Source of the DNA: Octopus vulgaris | Taxonomy: Eukaryota | Length of the DNA: 64,000 bases | Assembly (NCBI GenBank): GCA_951406725.2 | Contig: OX597817.1 | Location: 126,046,001-126,110,000, forward strand | Direction: 5' to 3' | In this document: positions 26,085-39,280 of the stretch, one piece after another | Layout: each line of letters begins with the position of its first letter | Position numbering within the stretch: position 1 is the first letter of the stretch | Notes under the pieces: generated by a model | Seen by the model: the letters and a program-made list of their open reading frames with translations, nothing else | Told to the model about the DNA's origin: nothing | Databases searched by the model: none | Translations under genes and position numbers: made by a program

Positions 26085-26785
26085 CCATTTCTTCCGAATT
26101 TGTCATCGACGACAACATTTCTAGAGAGTGTGCTGCCAAGGCAGGTGAACTTGCCCACCGCGTTCAGTCGCTGCCCGTTGATGGTGATGTTGGGTTCAAC
26201 GTAGGGTTTGGTTGGAGCTGGCTTATACATTACCTTAGTCCTTTTTGTATTGATAGTAAGGCTACAGTTGCTGCAGGTGCCAGAGAACAGGTCAATACTG
26301 TGCTGCATGTTGGACTCAGTGGCAGCATTGAGAGCGCAGTCATCGGCGAACAGGAGGTCGTTGACGGTGTCCACTTAAACCTTGGTTTTCGCTTTGAGCC
26401 TCCCGAGGTTGAAGACTGAACAATTGAACCGGTACTTGATGCCGATGCCTATGACTGTGTCCCTGAAAGCATCTGTCAGCATGGCTGAGAACGTAAGGCT
26501 GAACAAGGTGGCAGCAAGGACACATCCTTGTTTCACTCCGTTGGAGACAGGGAATGGATCAGAAGTCTCTACGTTGTCCTGTATCCTTGCCAGCATTCCA
26601 TCGTGTAGTTGTCTTACGATGGTGATGAATTTTCTGGGGCATCCTTACTTCGCCAAGATTCTCCAGAGACCTTCTCTACTAACGGTATCAAAGGTCTTGG
26701 TCAGCTCGATGTAGGTGGAGTAGAGGTCGACGTTTGGCTCCCGACACTTCTTCTCTGCAGCTTTCTAGCAGCAAACACCATGTCG
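26085..26785 (-). mobile_element. RTE-clade LINE reverse transcriptase fragment
   Basis: IELTKTFDTVSREGLWRILAK, GVKQGCVLAATLFS, DLLFADDCAL, LTINTKRTKVM, FTCLGSTLS. Confidence 0.92.
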
Positions 26786-26794
26786 AATTCACGT

Positions 26795-26945
26795 ACTGAC
26801 TTCAAATGGTGCCGGGTTTAATGTTGTCAGTGTTGTCTTTCATCCTTTTAGGGTCAATAGATTAGGTACCAGCTAAGCACTGGGGTCGATGCAATAGACA
26901 TACTCCCGCACCTTAACTTGCTCGTCCTGTGTCAATATTGAAATT
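26795..26945 (+). mobile_element. SINE family B fragment
   Basis: CTTTCATCCTTTTAGGGTCAATAG..CACTGGGGTCGATG. Confidence 0.7.
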
Positions 26946-27539
26946 TTGTTAGGAATATTGTGAATATTTTTCCTCTTAGATATTTGCACATTAAAGACAG
27001 AAAAAAACTTTACAAATCTATCAAGTTCAGGAACTTAAGACCTTGTTAGGATATTAGAAATAGCCATTATAATTAGAATGTTTATCTCTGGAATTATATG
27101 GAAAGAATTACTTAGATAAGGTAGCAGATGTGAAATTAGGTAATCTTTCTACGCTTAACAGCAAACAAATCTAAAATCTTAATGTTTTACATTAAAATTG
27201 AATAATAATAATTAACGGTAGCGACGAAATAAGAATTCATTCAGTTATAAACAATAAAATCAAGAAAAACAACTACAAAAACTAGAACGGAGATATATTT
27301 TACTAGTTGAAATTAATGGATAAAGTTATAATAGTTCCTCCAAATTTCCAAATAATATCAATATAATATAAAACAAAAGATAATCCGCGGCTGTAAGCGG
27401 TTCGAATTCAATTAAAAATTCTACTGGTATGAATATCTCAATTAAATTTTATGGTCTTATCAGCTATCTTGTTAAGTTTATTAATCATCTAAATTCTAGT
27501 AAGGAAGAGAAATTTAGAAATTTAATTGGATGGATCTGC

Positions 27540-27880
27540 GTTGTCGTCGTTGTGTTTGTCCCAATCATCATCATCATCGTTGTCGTTACAACAATCATAA
27601 TGAACTTTGTCGTCATTATCATCATCATCGTCATAGTCTTCGTCACAGTTGTCTTCGTCGTCATCATCCCAACCACCACCACAACCATCACCACCAGTAC
27701 ACCAGGATCATCATCAGCATTATCATCAGAACTGCAGTAAATGCTCCTGATGCCAGCATTGCAGACTCCGCCTTCGATGTTTTTTATCTTCTTCCCGCTT
27801 ATCATCATCATCATCATCATCATCATGATTACCACCACCACAACCACAATCAAAACCACCACCACCACCACCATCTTCAC
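27540..27880. repeat. Mixed trinucleotide (CAT/CGT/CAC)n low-complexity tract
   Basis: Directly visible. It explains the poly-H, poly-I and poly-V ORFs. Confidence 0.9.
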
Positions 27881-29334
27881 TAATGTCAATGAATAAAGAG
27901 AGAATTTACGATAAGAAAGAATTCTCAGCTATATTTTTCTTAAATCTCTACTGCAGTAACATGAAATATTATTATTGTTGTTAGTGTTAGTATCATAATT
28001 ATTGTTATTAAGGCGGCAAGGCGGCAGGAACGTTAGTGCCTTGAACCAAGTGCTTAGCGCTATTTCGTCCATCTTTACGTTCAGAGTTCAAATGCCACCA
28101 GGGTCTACTTTACCATTCACAGATTTAAACTCAGCATTTAAAGCAGCAGAAGATAAGATGTAAAGGAATTTTACCGAAGTTCAGCAACTCTGCTAATTCT
28201 TTGCCTTCTGGACATTAAAATAATTTTAATGATGCTGCTGCTGACGGGGATGAGGATCATGAGAATGATGATGATTGCAGTAATGACAATGGAAGCTACT
28301 GCCATTGTGCGACAACCACAAAGATAGCAGCGAAGTTAGCAGCAATAACGACTGCGTGAAGTTGCTGGTGACGATGATATTAATAATAAATAAATTGCTG
28401 GGTATATTTATGATATTAAAGTCAGATATTTAAGGTTGATAGTGAGAGAAACGTTATTGTGTTTATAAGTATCATAATGCGAAAAAGACCATTTAATACT
28501 GCTAATGATATTTATGGTGTGAATGACGTTGATGGTAATGAAGAATATATATCATGATTATGATGACGGTGACGCCGAAGATTATGTAGATGACGATGTA
28601 TATAGTAAGGATAACGATGATGTAGCTGATGATGTTTGTGATTATAATAAGCAAGATAATGAAGACATAAGTATGGATTGCAACGGCTGTTATCGCATTA
28701 AAAGTAATCCTAATTACCACGTGAGATACAAATACTCATTGCTTGATCGATGGAATAACGTTTACGATACTGTTTTCATGAATCATTAGAAACTTTTAGT
28801 TTCAATATCTCCCTCTCTCAGATCAGTTGTTTATTCTTTTTTCTCTATGTTTGCAAAACTTCGTCGATATTCTTCGCCTGTGTCTATCACAATAGTGACA
28901 CTGAAAACATCTTTACAAACAGTTATCATGCCATTACGCTTTCACGGTAATGATTGGGGGTTTTCTCATTTCGTGTTTCACTTACTTTTCTTCTGAAATT
29001 GTAAGTAAAAACCTTCACCGATTTACCCGTGAATGAATTGGTTAACCTAACAACAGTTCAAAAAGACCTGTCTTGCATGGTGCGTATTTGCCTCATTATA
29101 TTTTCTTATTTCTCGTTGCTGCAAGCTACACGTTGCCTGGAAATTTTTGCTGTGGCATTTGCAAAAACAATTATGTCTACGCATTTAGTATGTTAAATGT
29201 AAATTGTATATAGAGCTGTATAATTGATTCCGCACCTTCTCTTCTGCAATGATATGACATCATTTCACGTTTATATTGGAAGATATATTTGAACAATATA
29301 CTATATATCGTTTTCAGATTTTGACAGAAGGATG

Positions 29335-29490
29335 AGGGCTTAACTCGATTACACAAACTCCAGGTTCTAATGATTTTTATTCTATCGACCCCAAATGGAT
29401 GAAAAGGAAAGTTGACTCAGAACATAATGACAGATGAAATGTTGCAAAGCATTCTGCTCGGCGCGCTAACGATTCTGCTAGTTCGCTAGT
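29335..29490 (-). mobile_element. SINE family B, decayed
   Basis: TATCGACCCCAAATGGATGAAAAGGAAAG..GCTAACGATTCTGCTAGTTCGC. Confidence 0.65.
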
Positions 29491-29964
29491 TACGATATGC
29501 TCTTATATATTAGAATCAGTAATGGATTTCACTCTATTATTGTTGTAAATGTTTAAAAGCTTATAAATTGTTTGAAAGTATGTTTAAAATATTTGCAAGT
29601 CTTGTAGTATGAGTATCGTGTTAAATAGAGTATTCTAGATTTCTGAAGTATGATTGACATGAAGAACCGAGAAATAACACATTCGATCTGACCTATTGCT
29701 GAACCGCTTTTGTAATTGTTCAAAACTAGTTCAAATTTAAATGGACGATCAATTCATAAAGTTAGACCCATAGCAATAAGGAGATGAAATTCCCTAATCT
29801 CATCTTTCTCTTCTCGTTCTTCTCCTTCAACAAGATTAACTAGGGTACTGCTGCAGCTGCTGCTGCTGTTGCTACAATTACTATTACTATAACCACAACA
29901 AAAGCACCTCCTCCTCTCCTCCTCTTTCTCCTTCTCCTTCCCCTCAGTCTCTTCCACCTCCTCC

Positions 29965-29983
29965 ACCTACTACTACTACTACA

Positions 29984-30040
<57 letters not shown>

Positions 30041-30068
30041 GCTGCTACTACTGCTGATGCTGATGCTG
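29965..30068. repeat. (CTA)n/(CTG)n microsatellite
   Basis: Directly visible. Confidence 0.95.
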
Positions 30069-30294
30069 CCATAGCAGTAAGATGAGATTCCCCAAAAAAC
30101 GTTCGTTATGAAACCTATCATTTTAAATGGCAGGTCAAATCTCTTAAGTAGTAAAGTTGAAATTATGAAAAAACTGAACTGAACACTTCAAATTCGCATT
30201 CAATCAAAAGTTCTCTATTGATCCTGAAGTAATCAATGAAATCTTTCATAATCTAACTTGAGTAATTTGCAGAAGATAAGTACTGTTATTTAAA

Positions 30295-31760
30295 TAAAAT
30301 AAAAATTGCAATAGTAAAGCTCTTGGACAGGATGATATTCTCAAAGACGTTTACACGCATCACAGTTGGCAGCTTGTAAGAAATTTACCCAGATTCATCT
30401 GTTCGATCTGGGAAACTGGATCTGTTCTCCAACAGTTAAAAAAATGCAACTATAACACACTTGTATTTAAACAAAGGGAAGAATATTTTATTTGATAATA
30501 AAAAGGGAATACATTTGCTGTGAATTGCTGGAAAAATATTTTCGACAGTGTTTCTTAACTGCGTCAATAAGCATGTATTAAACCACATGTATTATTAATC
30601 TCAATATCGATTTGGGACATAAATAATGCCGTTAGGCAATTCAAGCAAAATATTAATTTCTACATGGTCTTTGTCGAGTTGCCCAAGGTCTTTGACACAG
30701 TGAATAATAAATTGATGAAGGTAACAGTATCTCTACACGAAGGAGTTATAGCAACAGTGATAACTAACGGTCAATGTCCAGAGGTATTTTCTGTCTCTAC
30801 TGGAACTAAGCAGGGCTGTTTTGTTTTGCTCCTGTACTGTTGCCATATTCTTTCCGATGATGCTCCCAACATGCTTTTAAGGGTTACTATGAAACTGCAA
30901 AATTTCAGTATTGTACAGATGGAGATCTACTACATGTAAATGGACAAGGCTTCGGGACAAAGAAAAAGACAAAGGAAGCGATTCTAACTGAATTTCTGTT
31001 AGCTGCTAATTGCACTGTGATTTCTCATACATTTGAGGGAATTCAGAAAATAGCTGACAGATTTGCTGCTGCAGCTCATGCATTTGGGCTTACTATTAGC
31101 ATTCAGAAGAAATACGTTTTATTCCAACAAAGGCCGGGGACAGATTATAGTGAAGATTCGTATGTGACAATAAGCCACTCAAATTACGTCATTTAAATAT
31201 CTTGAAAGTACAATAAAATCTAAGAGTACTTTTGATTACGAAATCAATGTAGGAATATTTAAGACTACAAGTGCTTTTGGAAAACTTTCTCTTCCTTAAT
31301 GGAATTAACACGACGTCAGATTTAAAACTGAAACACGTGTATATACATAATTTATTTTGAGTACGCTTTTGTACGAGACTGAAACACGAACTCTCTATTA
31401 CAGACATATAAACAAACTTGAAACTTTTCACATGTGCTGTCTGCGCAATATCTTCCACATAAAATACATAGAATACGTAAAATGTATCTCCACCATCGAA
31501 AGCATGCTTTTCAGAATTCAATGCATTTGGTAAAGACATGTTGTTCGTATGCAAGATGATGGCATTCCGAAAATTCTTTTATATGGCCAACAAATAGAGG
31601 GATTGTGTGGTAAAGCAGACCTGTCCTTAGGTTTAAGGAACAGTTGAAACAATCTCTAAAATCGTTACATCTTGTTTAAGCATCTTTCGAAATGTATTAT
31701 CAACATCGACGTAAGTACCGTAAAAAGTGTCATGTGGCAGCTAAACAACCGGAAAAACAG
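30295..31760 (+). mobile_element. Old RTE-clade LINE (RT region and C-terminus), heavily decayed
   Basis: KALGQDDI, MVFVELPKVFDTV, GTKQGCFV, FGLTISIQK, FKYLEST, HVVRMQDD GIPKILLYG, LRFKEQLK. Confidence 0.8.
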
Positions 31761-31999
31761 AACAATTAAAGGATTATATCCTGCAATCAACAGTCATATT
31801 TATTCACTCCCTGGCAAACCATAATCTTCAACGTCTCTATTGTTACTTTAAAGCAAAAGCAATACCTGGACTCAAATTGTATTCACACCCCCAACGCAAA
31901 TAGATGCAACATCTCTTATTTTGCCTTATAATCATTTTTTTATATCTTTTATTTCAAACATTCATACGTCAAAATCGAGGTGAGTGACTAACGTTATTA

Positions 32000-32215
32000 A
32001 GGCGGTGAGCTGACGGAACAATTGGCACACCGGGCAAAGTAATTAGCAACATTTCGTCTGCCTGCTAGTTCTGAGTTCAAATTCCGCTGAGGTCAACTTT
32101 GTCTTTCATCTTTCTGGCTCGATAAATTAAGTACCAGTGAAACACTGGAGTCGATGTAATCAACAGGTCCCCTCCCCTAAAAGTTCAGGCCTTGTGTATA
32201 TGGTAGAAAGGATTG
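32000..32215 (+). mobile_element. SINE family B
   Basis: GGCGGTGAGCTG head through GTTCTGAGTTCAAATTCCG and CACTGGAGTCGATGTAAT. Confidence 0.8.
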
Positions 32216-33239
32216 TTGTTTTTGTTAGAGTGTTGCCTTGGCAGAATCAGTAGTTCTAATTCCATAAAACGGAGAGAGGAAAAGAAAGAAAGGAGAGAGA
32301 GGGATGGAGAGAACGGAAGAGTATGTAGGCAATGAGTTTTCCTGTCGCTATACTACCAAATTAGCTGACATTATGCTACTGGTCTGAATTCAATGATTAG
32401 TAATGTCTCTGGTGCATCGCTATTACCTTAGCAGCAAATCATATACTTCGGTGCTAGTTCCCATTCACATTCATAACATCTTACATGTATACACGAGCAT
32501 CGTGAAAGAAAGATTTGCTCACTGTGTTGTATGTGTCAGAGAACAAAACACCTTCTTTGACTCAAATTAGATTTTTTTCTGTGGCAAATGACTGCATTTT
32601 TTGTTATTGCCGATGCAGCTGCTACCCTTGTTGTTCTAGTTCTTGTTTTTGATGCTTCTCCTATTATTCTTATCAGTATTACTAAAACTGCTGACATTGC
32701 TGTTTTGTAATCGTTATGATGTACTTATTTACATGCGTACATTGTGCTCTAAATTAAATTTGCTTTCCTTTTATCTCCTGCACATTGTTTAATTATGTTT
32801 CACTTGTCTGTTTTGAAAGTGTGTTTGTCTGACGAGAAGCAATCTTTCTTTCAATTTTGACAGAAACAGAAAAATAAAGTATGCCCCAAAGGACAAACAT
32901 TATGTCACCGACATATGGTAGACATGAAAAACAGTATAAAGAATTATCCGCTACTTGCACATATTTTCTTGTGCTTAGTAATAAATCCGAATTCCCAGGA
33001 TCAAGATAAAGTCATAGATTTTCACAATGATATTTAAGAACACTTAGAACAATGACGACGACGATGATGATGGTAGTAATAATAATTACAAATTTTGGCA
33101 GAAGGCCGGCAAGTGCTCAACTGGTAACGTTTTATCTATTGCTGAAGGATGAAAGCTAAAATAGACCTCGGAGGTCTTTTTGGGCTCCTGCAGTCTTGCA
33201 TGCATAGCGGGATTACTATTGAGACTTACGGTAACATGC

Positions 33240-33615
33240 TATTCGTTCTTTTCTAGCACTTTCTTGATTATTCTGGCTGTGCCAAGGGGAAAACCGTTTG
33301 CAACAGTTCTACTGGGAACTCTATTCCAATTTCCTTTATATTACCCATGATGCTTTCTGATTCTGTTCCTAAGGACCCAACAATAATTGGCACTATTTTC
33401 ACTTTCATTTTCTATAGCCGGGCTATTTCGTACATAAGAGGCTTGTATCTATCTATCTTTTCACTTTCCTTCTTGAATATTCGTGGGTCAAAGGGACATG
33501 CAACGTCAACTGTATAGCATATGTAGAGCACCTTGTCCACCACCAATAGGTTCGGTCTGTTGTGCTCTAGAACAGAAGTATCTGTGTGAAGGGTTACCAT
33601 ACAAATCACAAACAA
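33240..33615 (-). mobile_element. 3' fragment of a restriction-like endonuclease (REL) non-LTR element (R4/Dong-like)
   Basis: HNRPNLLVVDK..VDVACPFD.RI.KKE.EK..RY..L.YEIARL, followed by VPIIVGSLGT. Confidence 0.8.
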
Positions 33616-33689
33616 TGGTAATAGGCTATCGCTTTATCATTATTAATATCACCATCATCATCATCATGGTCATTATCCTCATCGTCTAG

Positions 33690-33890
33690 GCTGCGAGCTT
33701 GCAGAATTATTAACACGCTGGAAGAAATGATTTAACAGCTTTTCGTCCGTCGTCACGTTTTCAGTTCAAATTTCACCGATTTCTACTTTGCCTTTCTGGG
33801 TCGATAAAATAATTTCCAGTTGAAAACCGGTGTCGATGTAATGGAGTTATCCTCTCCTCTGAAATTGATAGCCTAGTGCCAACATTTGAA
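33690..33890 (+). mobile_element. SINE family B, decayed
   Basis: GCGAGCTTGCAGAATT..CAGTTCAAATTTCACCGA..GGGTCGATAAAAT. Confidence 0.7.
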
Positions 33891-34039
33891 ATCATTGTCG
33901 TCGTCATCGTCGTCGTCGTCGTCGTTGTCGTCGTCGTCATCATCATCGTCATCCTCATCATTATTATTCAGTTCTAGTGTTTATATCACGTGCTTTTAGT
34001 ACCCCACTGAATGCTCCTCCCGGTGCCTTGAGTATATGC

Positions 34040-34420
34040 TGTCGTTTGTTTAGGTGTTATTTTTTGTATATTTAAAATATTTTATGCAGGCTATGTGCAG
34101 GCCAAGCAGTGCTATTTTCTGCATCTTATATACATTCGTAAGACATGGTATTTTAGATATATATTTTCTGTGTGCATTTTAAGAATAGTTTATGCACCTA
34201 TTATTATAGGGATTATATCTCTTTTTAGACCCCGTATTAAGCTTAACTCTATTTCCAGAGTTTTAAATTTCCAGACTTTTTGTTCTTTTTTGAAATACAT
34301 TGTCATTTGATTAGAAGGCACCCTTTACTTGGTGGTCCTGGACGACACTATCTGGTCTGAGAGCTTTGTTTTCTTTATATGTGTGTATTGGCATTTCCAA
34401 GTGTATGGTTGTTTTGTTAT
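34040..34420 (-). mobile_element. Second REL-domain non-LTR 3' fragment
   Basis: MPIHTYKENKALRPDSVVQDH aligns to WDMPIYTDREMKANRPDIFVRDH in the 52339-53055 ORF. IIPIIIGA follows downstream. Confidence 0.7.
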
Positions 34421-34564
34421 TATTATTCGTCGTCGTCGTCATCATCATCATCATCATCATCATTATCATCATTCTACTCATTGAGGGAAATAATTCCTTG
34501 AATGAGTAGAATGTATGACCTAATTTATTCAAACCTTGTCGATCGTGCTATCTTTTGATGCACG

Positions 34565-34621
<57 letters not shown>

Positions 34622-34630
<9 letters not shown>

Positions 34631-35094
34631 AAAGGGCTTAGTAAAATAAATTACTTTGCCGCATACTGAACTCATTAGAAATAGCAGCTAAAAAACTTTT
34701 TAAAACTATTTCCAATACTTAAAGAAAATCTCTCTCGTATAGTGTTTGCTCAATTCAACTCACGAAAGTATGAGGGTAGAAACATTAAAAAATCAAATGC
34801 AAAGGTTATTTGAGAACGTACGTTTCAAGATTAGTCAAAAACGACACTTCTATCATCAGCTCAGAACTCCCTGGTTTGGATTTGAAAACACTGAAAGTAG
34901 GAGCATACCTTTTCGGCTTCTCATCGCCTCCGAAGATCTAAAACAACAGTTTCTAATGAGTTCAGTATGCGGCAAAGTAATTTATTTTACTAAGCCCTTT
35001 TATATAATGTAATAATTTGAATTCGCCTTAAATGGTCCCTTTGCATACTGAATACTTGGTGAAGTTGATTAATTAATTTTACCCTCAATTGTTG

Positions 35095-35097
<3 letters not shown>
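34622..35097. mobile_element. Fold-back HHR element between (TA)n tracts
   Basis: ~59-bp inverted arms at 34623-34681 and 34950-35008. HHR on the minus strand inside the spacer. Tail ends TTTTACCCTCAATTGTT. Confidence 0.85.
34811..34863 (-). ncRNA. Type I hammerhead ribozyme
   Basis: Minus strand: TGAG-CTGATGA-TAGAAGTGTCGTTTTTGACTAATCTT-GAAA-CGTACG-TT^CTCA. 4-bp helix I, palindromic helix III, GUU triplet, first helix II pair mismatched. Confidence 0.75.
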
Positions 35098-35167
<70 letters not shown>

Positions 35168-37289
35168 GTATATATATATGACAGCATATAACATTTCGTT
35201 TTAGAAATAAAATGTTTTACGCTGATTTCTTTCGCCAAAAACAACCACGTGTCAGCTTTTTATCGTAACTATGCATTTAAATTGATCATCTTTTTTGTTT
35301 TGTATTTCTGCCTATCAGACATAGCCTTCAAGTATAATTGACTCTTCTAATATTTAAGTTTTTGTTCAATTATCGCAACGTTTCATAAAAGAATTCCAAT
35401 GAAAATTATTGCGATTGTCGCAACGTTTGATTTAAAACATTGATAAAAACATTCCGTCTAATTGATGTTCTTCACTGATTCAAAGCATGATATACTATTA
35501 TTGTACATACATACGTTTCCGTTTCTATTTTCTAGTCATCTGACACAAGGTTTTAAATTTACCGTCAGCGACACACATCCGATACAAAATTTCGCTGCAA
35601 TATTGAACAAGTTATTTTATATTTTCAGGTACTATTGCATTTCTATTGTATTAAGGTTACTTCAGCGTTTCTGAAAACACTGCATCATGAAGTTTCGTTT
35701 TCACCACATGTTTCATTAATAAAACCTTGCACTAAATGTTACTCTAAGACATTTCGAAATTCACCGTCCAAGAGGACTCGCTTTTCCAGGTCTGACAGCA
35801 GGAGAAACAAAGTTTGAGCATATTTGAGAATTATAATAAGGATTTTTTCTTTTTGTGTGTGTGTGTGTGTGTGTTGTTAAACAGTTGATTCACGTTGATC
35901 AAATAGGTAATTCGTATATAATCGAAGGCTTTTCAATCACCAGTACGTTGACATTTTAATTTAAACGTCATCTCCATATAATGTTTTTAAACTTTCATAA
36001 CAATTAATCTCAATAGAAATATTCCTAATTAGTAATGCCATGTAATAAAAGTGAATCTGATTAACTTGAAAAGATAAACAAAAAGTAATGGATTATCGCA
36101 ATCATATTCCCGATGAGTTTCCGGGGACATTTTTGCGCGTCATAGAACTTTAAAGGATTCTGACGTTTTCGTTTTTTGATTGTGTTGGCAGACCTCTATG
36201 CATTTCATCTTACGTGACACCAGGAAAAATTCAGAAATCATGCAGAATTCTAAAAACGATACAAATTTGTTGCAGCTTTGGAATATGTTGCAACATGTTA
36301 TCCTAAAATAGTTCATAAGTTAGTGTTAATAAGGATATTATAAATTATATTCTGAAGATATCTCAGTAGATTAAAAGAAGTCTCCTTAATTTCCATTGAT
36401 CAGCAGTTGTGTATGGCCAATGAATCGTTTAGGGAGAGTAATTTTGACGTTGCAAATTATTTCACTTATCATGAGAGATTTGTGTATATTAGACTCAGCA
36501 CTATGTTAAATCTTAGAGATAACTTTTCATGTTATCTTTTTTAAATGTTATGATGGTTGACATGATCATAATATCGAGTTTGCTACTAGCACAATGAAAG
36601 AAATTTGAAATGGGGACAACCGATGCAAACATAGCTTAGCGTTAGAGGGAAAAAAAAGAGAATTGTTTGGGTTACAAATCATGTCATCTCTTCTTGTGTA
36701 ACATATAAGTGTTGACTAGTCTTCCTAATAGCTTGGCATTCTATTCATTCTGTCTTTATGGAACAGTGGGAAGGACTGACAATGAGGCACTGAAATATGC
36801 GACTTATATATCAATAGACAATATATCTGTGGATGGACAGTAACCACTCATATTTACGTGTATGGCATTTGGAAGTTTTCAATACATTGCCATATTTTCG
36901 TGGCCGAAAAGTTGAAATCTCTTTTGTCTAAATATATACACTTAGTATTAAATACTTATCTCAGATGTATGTGAAACAATGATATATGGTAAAATACTTA
37001 TTTGATTTGCTTGGTTTTAGTCTAACTATTTAGGGCTGGGATATGAGTACGCTATATTTAGCCTGAAGTATAAGGTATGCATTTCTTTTTCGAGTAGTGT
37101 TTTCATAATTGAAAACAAAATTAATTCAGTGATAAGGACAACAATTGATCATAGTGAGGAACATAAACTGAGAAACATAACATTCAGTTCTAATTCCTTA
37201 TTTAAAATTAAGTTTGACAATACTCACGATTCCATATAGAAAAAATGTTTTATTAACAAATCAACATCTACCTAATTGAAGCAGGAATC

Positions 37290-37615
37290 TTTGAATTGTT
37301 TCAGATTTCGACTATGGCACGCTGGGGCACCGCCGTGAAGAATGTTTACTTGAATGAAGCAACCCCAGTACTTATATATTTTTAAGCCTGAGACCTATTC
37401 CATCGTTTCTTTTTTCGCCGAACTGTTAAGCTACTCAGATATAAGCACAACACTGTTGTCAAACCGAAGTGGGGGACGTCGTGAGACACAAAGATAAACA
37501 AAGACAAGCACACACACACACACACTGCATGCTATTTTCTGTTACTGTCTGCCAAACCCACCCACAAGGATTTGGTCAGCCGAGGCTGTAATTGAAGACA
37601 CTTATCCAAGTTGAC
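37290..37615 (-). mobile_element. SINE family A, decayed
   Basis: GCTGGGGCACCGCC..ACCCCAG..CACAAGGATTTGGTCAGCC..GAAGACACTTATCCAAG. Confidence 0.7.
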
Positions 37616-38273
37616 ACTACAAAACTATATTCAGATTGGAATAGTACTATACAACAATCTATACAGTCATTGTCCTTATGTATGACGAAGGGCGAAAGTT
37701 ATCAACAATTTGATGAGTTGTGAAACATACTTGTAATAGAATAAACTACGCAAACAAACTTATGAACCACGTTGTGCTCTCAAATGAAAAGACAAAATTC
37801 CAATTGATTAAAAATAAATAAATACGTCTTTAGTTTATAGGTAATGATTTCTATGTTAAATCCTCAAACAAAGTCTCTTTTACACTCAGCATTTCTCTGA
37901 CATGTCCAGTACAAGCTATCGGTGTTTATTGCATTCACAAACTTTAAAATGAAATTAACCACACAGCAGCATAATTGACTGCTGTGCTTTTAATGAATCT
38001 ATAAGTTTTTTTTCATCTTGTTTGTATATTTATGCAAGCATACAGTACACGTAGGTACACACTGATATGCACCACTTCAATGTAAAATTGCATATATATA
38101 CTAATCTATATTAATACTTATTTATCAATGTATATATACATAGACATTAGAGTATATACATATATATCTACATGGATAGGTGTGTATAAATATAAATATA
38201 TATATATAAATATACATTATATACATAGATATGTGCGTGTGCATATATATATATATATATGTATATATACACA

Positions 38274-38307
<34 letters not shown>

Positions 38308-39280
38308 AATATATATATATATATACATAAACATAAATACATGCTCGCTTATGTCTGTAACATCTGATCAATTCAGAAATAGTTTTATATGCGTGTGTGT
38401 GCGCGCGCGCGTGTCTGTGTGAGAGTGTGTGCGTGTGTCTGTGTGTGCTTGCTTGATTATATTCATCTATGCATGTATAACAGTTTCAGAAGTTACATTT
38501 TATTCAGATTTCCATATTTTATAACGAAAAAATCCTCAACTTTGGGTGATGTAGAAATAACTTTTGATGCGTTAGTTTTCATTTTTCAACCGATAACGCT
38601 CGATATTTTAAAGCACTGAAATAACTTGTGCTACATTAGGTTTGTTGCAAGTATTAAAGCAGAAGCCAAAGTTGAAATCATTCCATGGAGCGAGCGACAA
38701 ATGCAGAATCTGTTCCCAGTTCAGAAATTTCACACTTCATTTCTTCATATCATAAACATTACATATTTTCCCACACAACGACCAACGCTTTATCTCACTG
38801 TGACGCAGGGATACGTGAATACACATTAGCAAATAATTGAACTTGAAAGTCTAATACCTATTCATAGACAAGTATATATGATGCTTACACAAATAGATGT
38901 AGAAACATTTACAGAAATATTTATGTACATACTCACATACACACGCACACATACACATACATTTGTACACATGTTATATATATATATATATAAATGAAAT
39001 GTATTTATTACATCTAACCTGTACATGCATATAAATTTAAGCATGTGAGCAGAAATATCTTTCTTATCTCTCCGATACATATAACTTTATACATACTGCA
39101 TATAAACATACAAAATGTACAGAAATTAACACACATGCGCACACATATGTGGGTAGGTGTGCGTCTATGCGAAACTCGATAAATACATACATATATATGT
39201 GTGTGTGTGTGTGTGTCCACGCGTGTGTGTGTTAACACATATGTAAGTAAAATTTGAAGTATATAAACTCACAAGAAGAT

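Noticed and set aside
32828-32870. CTGACGA..GAAA on the plus strand (similar strings at 3828, 14294 minus, 50914 minus and 61281)
   Set aside because: No helix II or III complementarity. These are chance matches.
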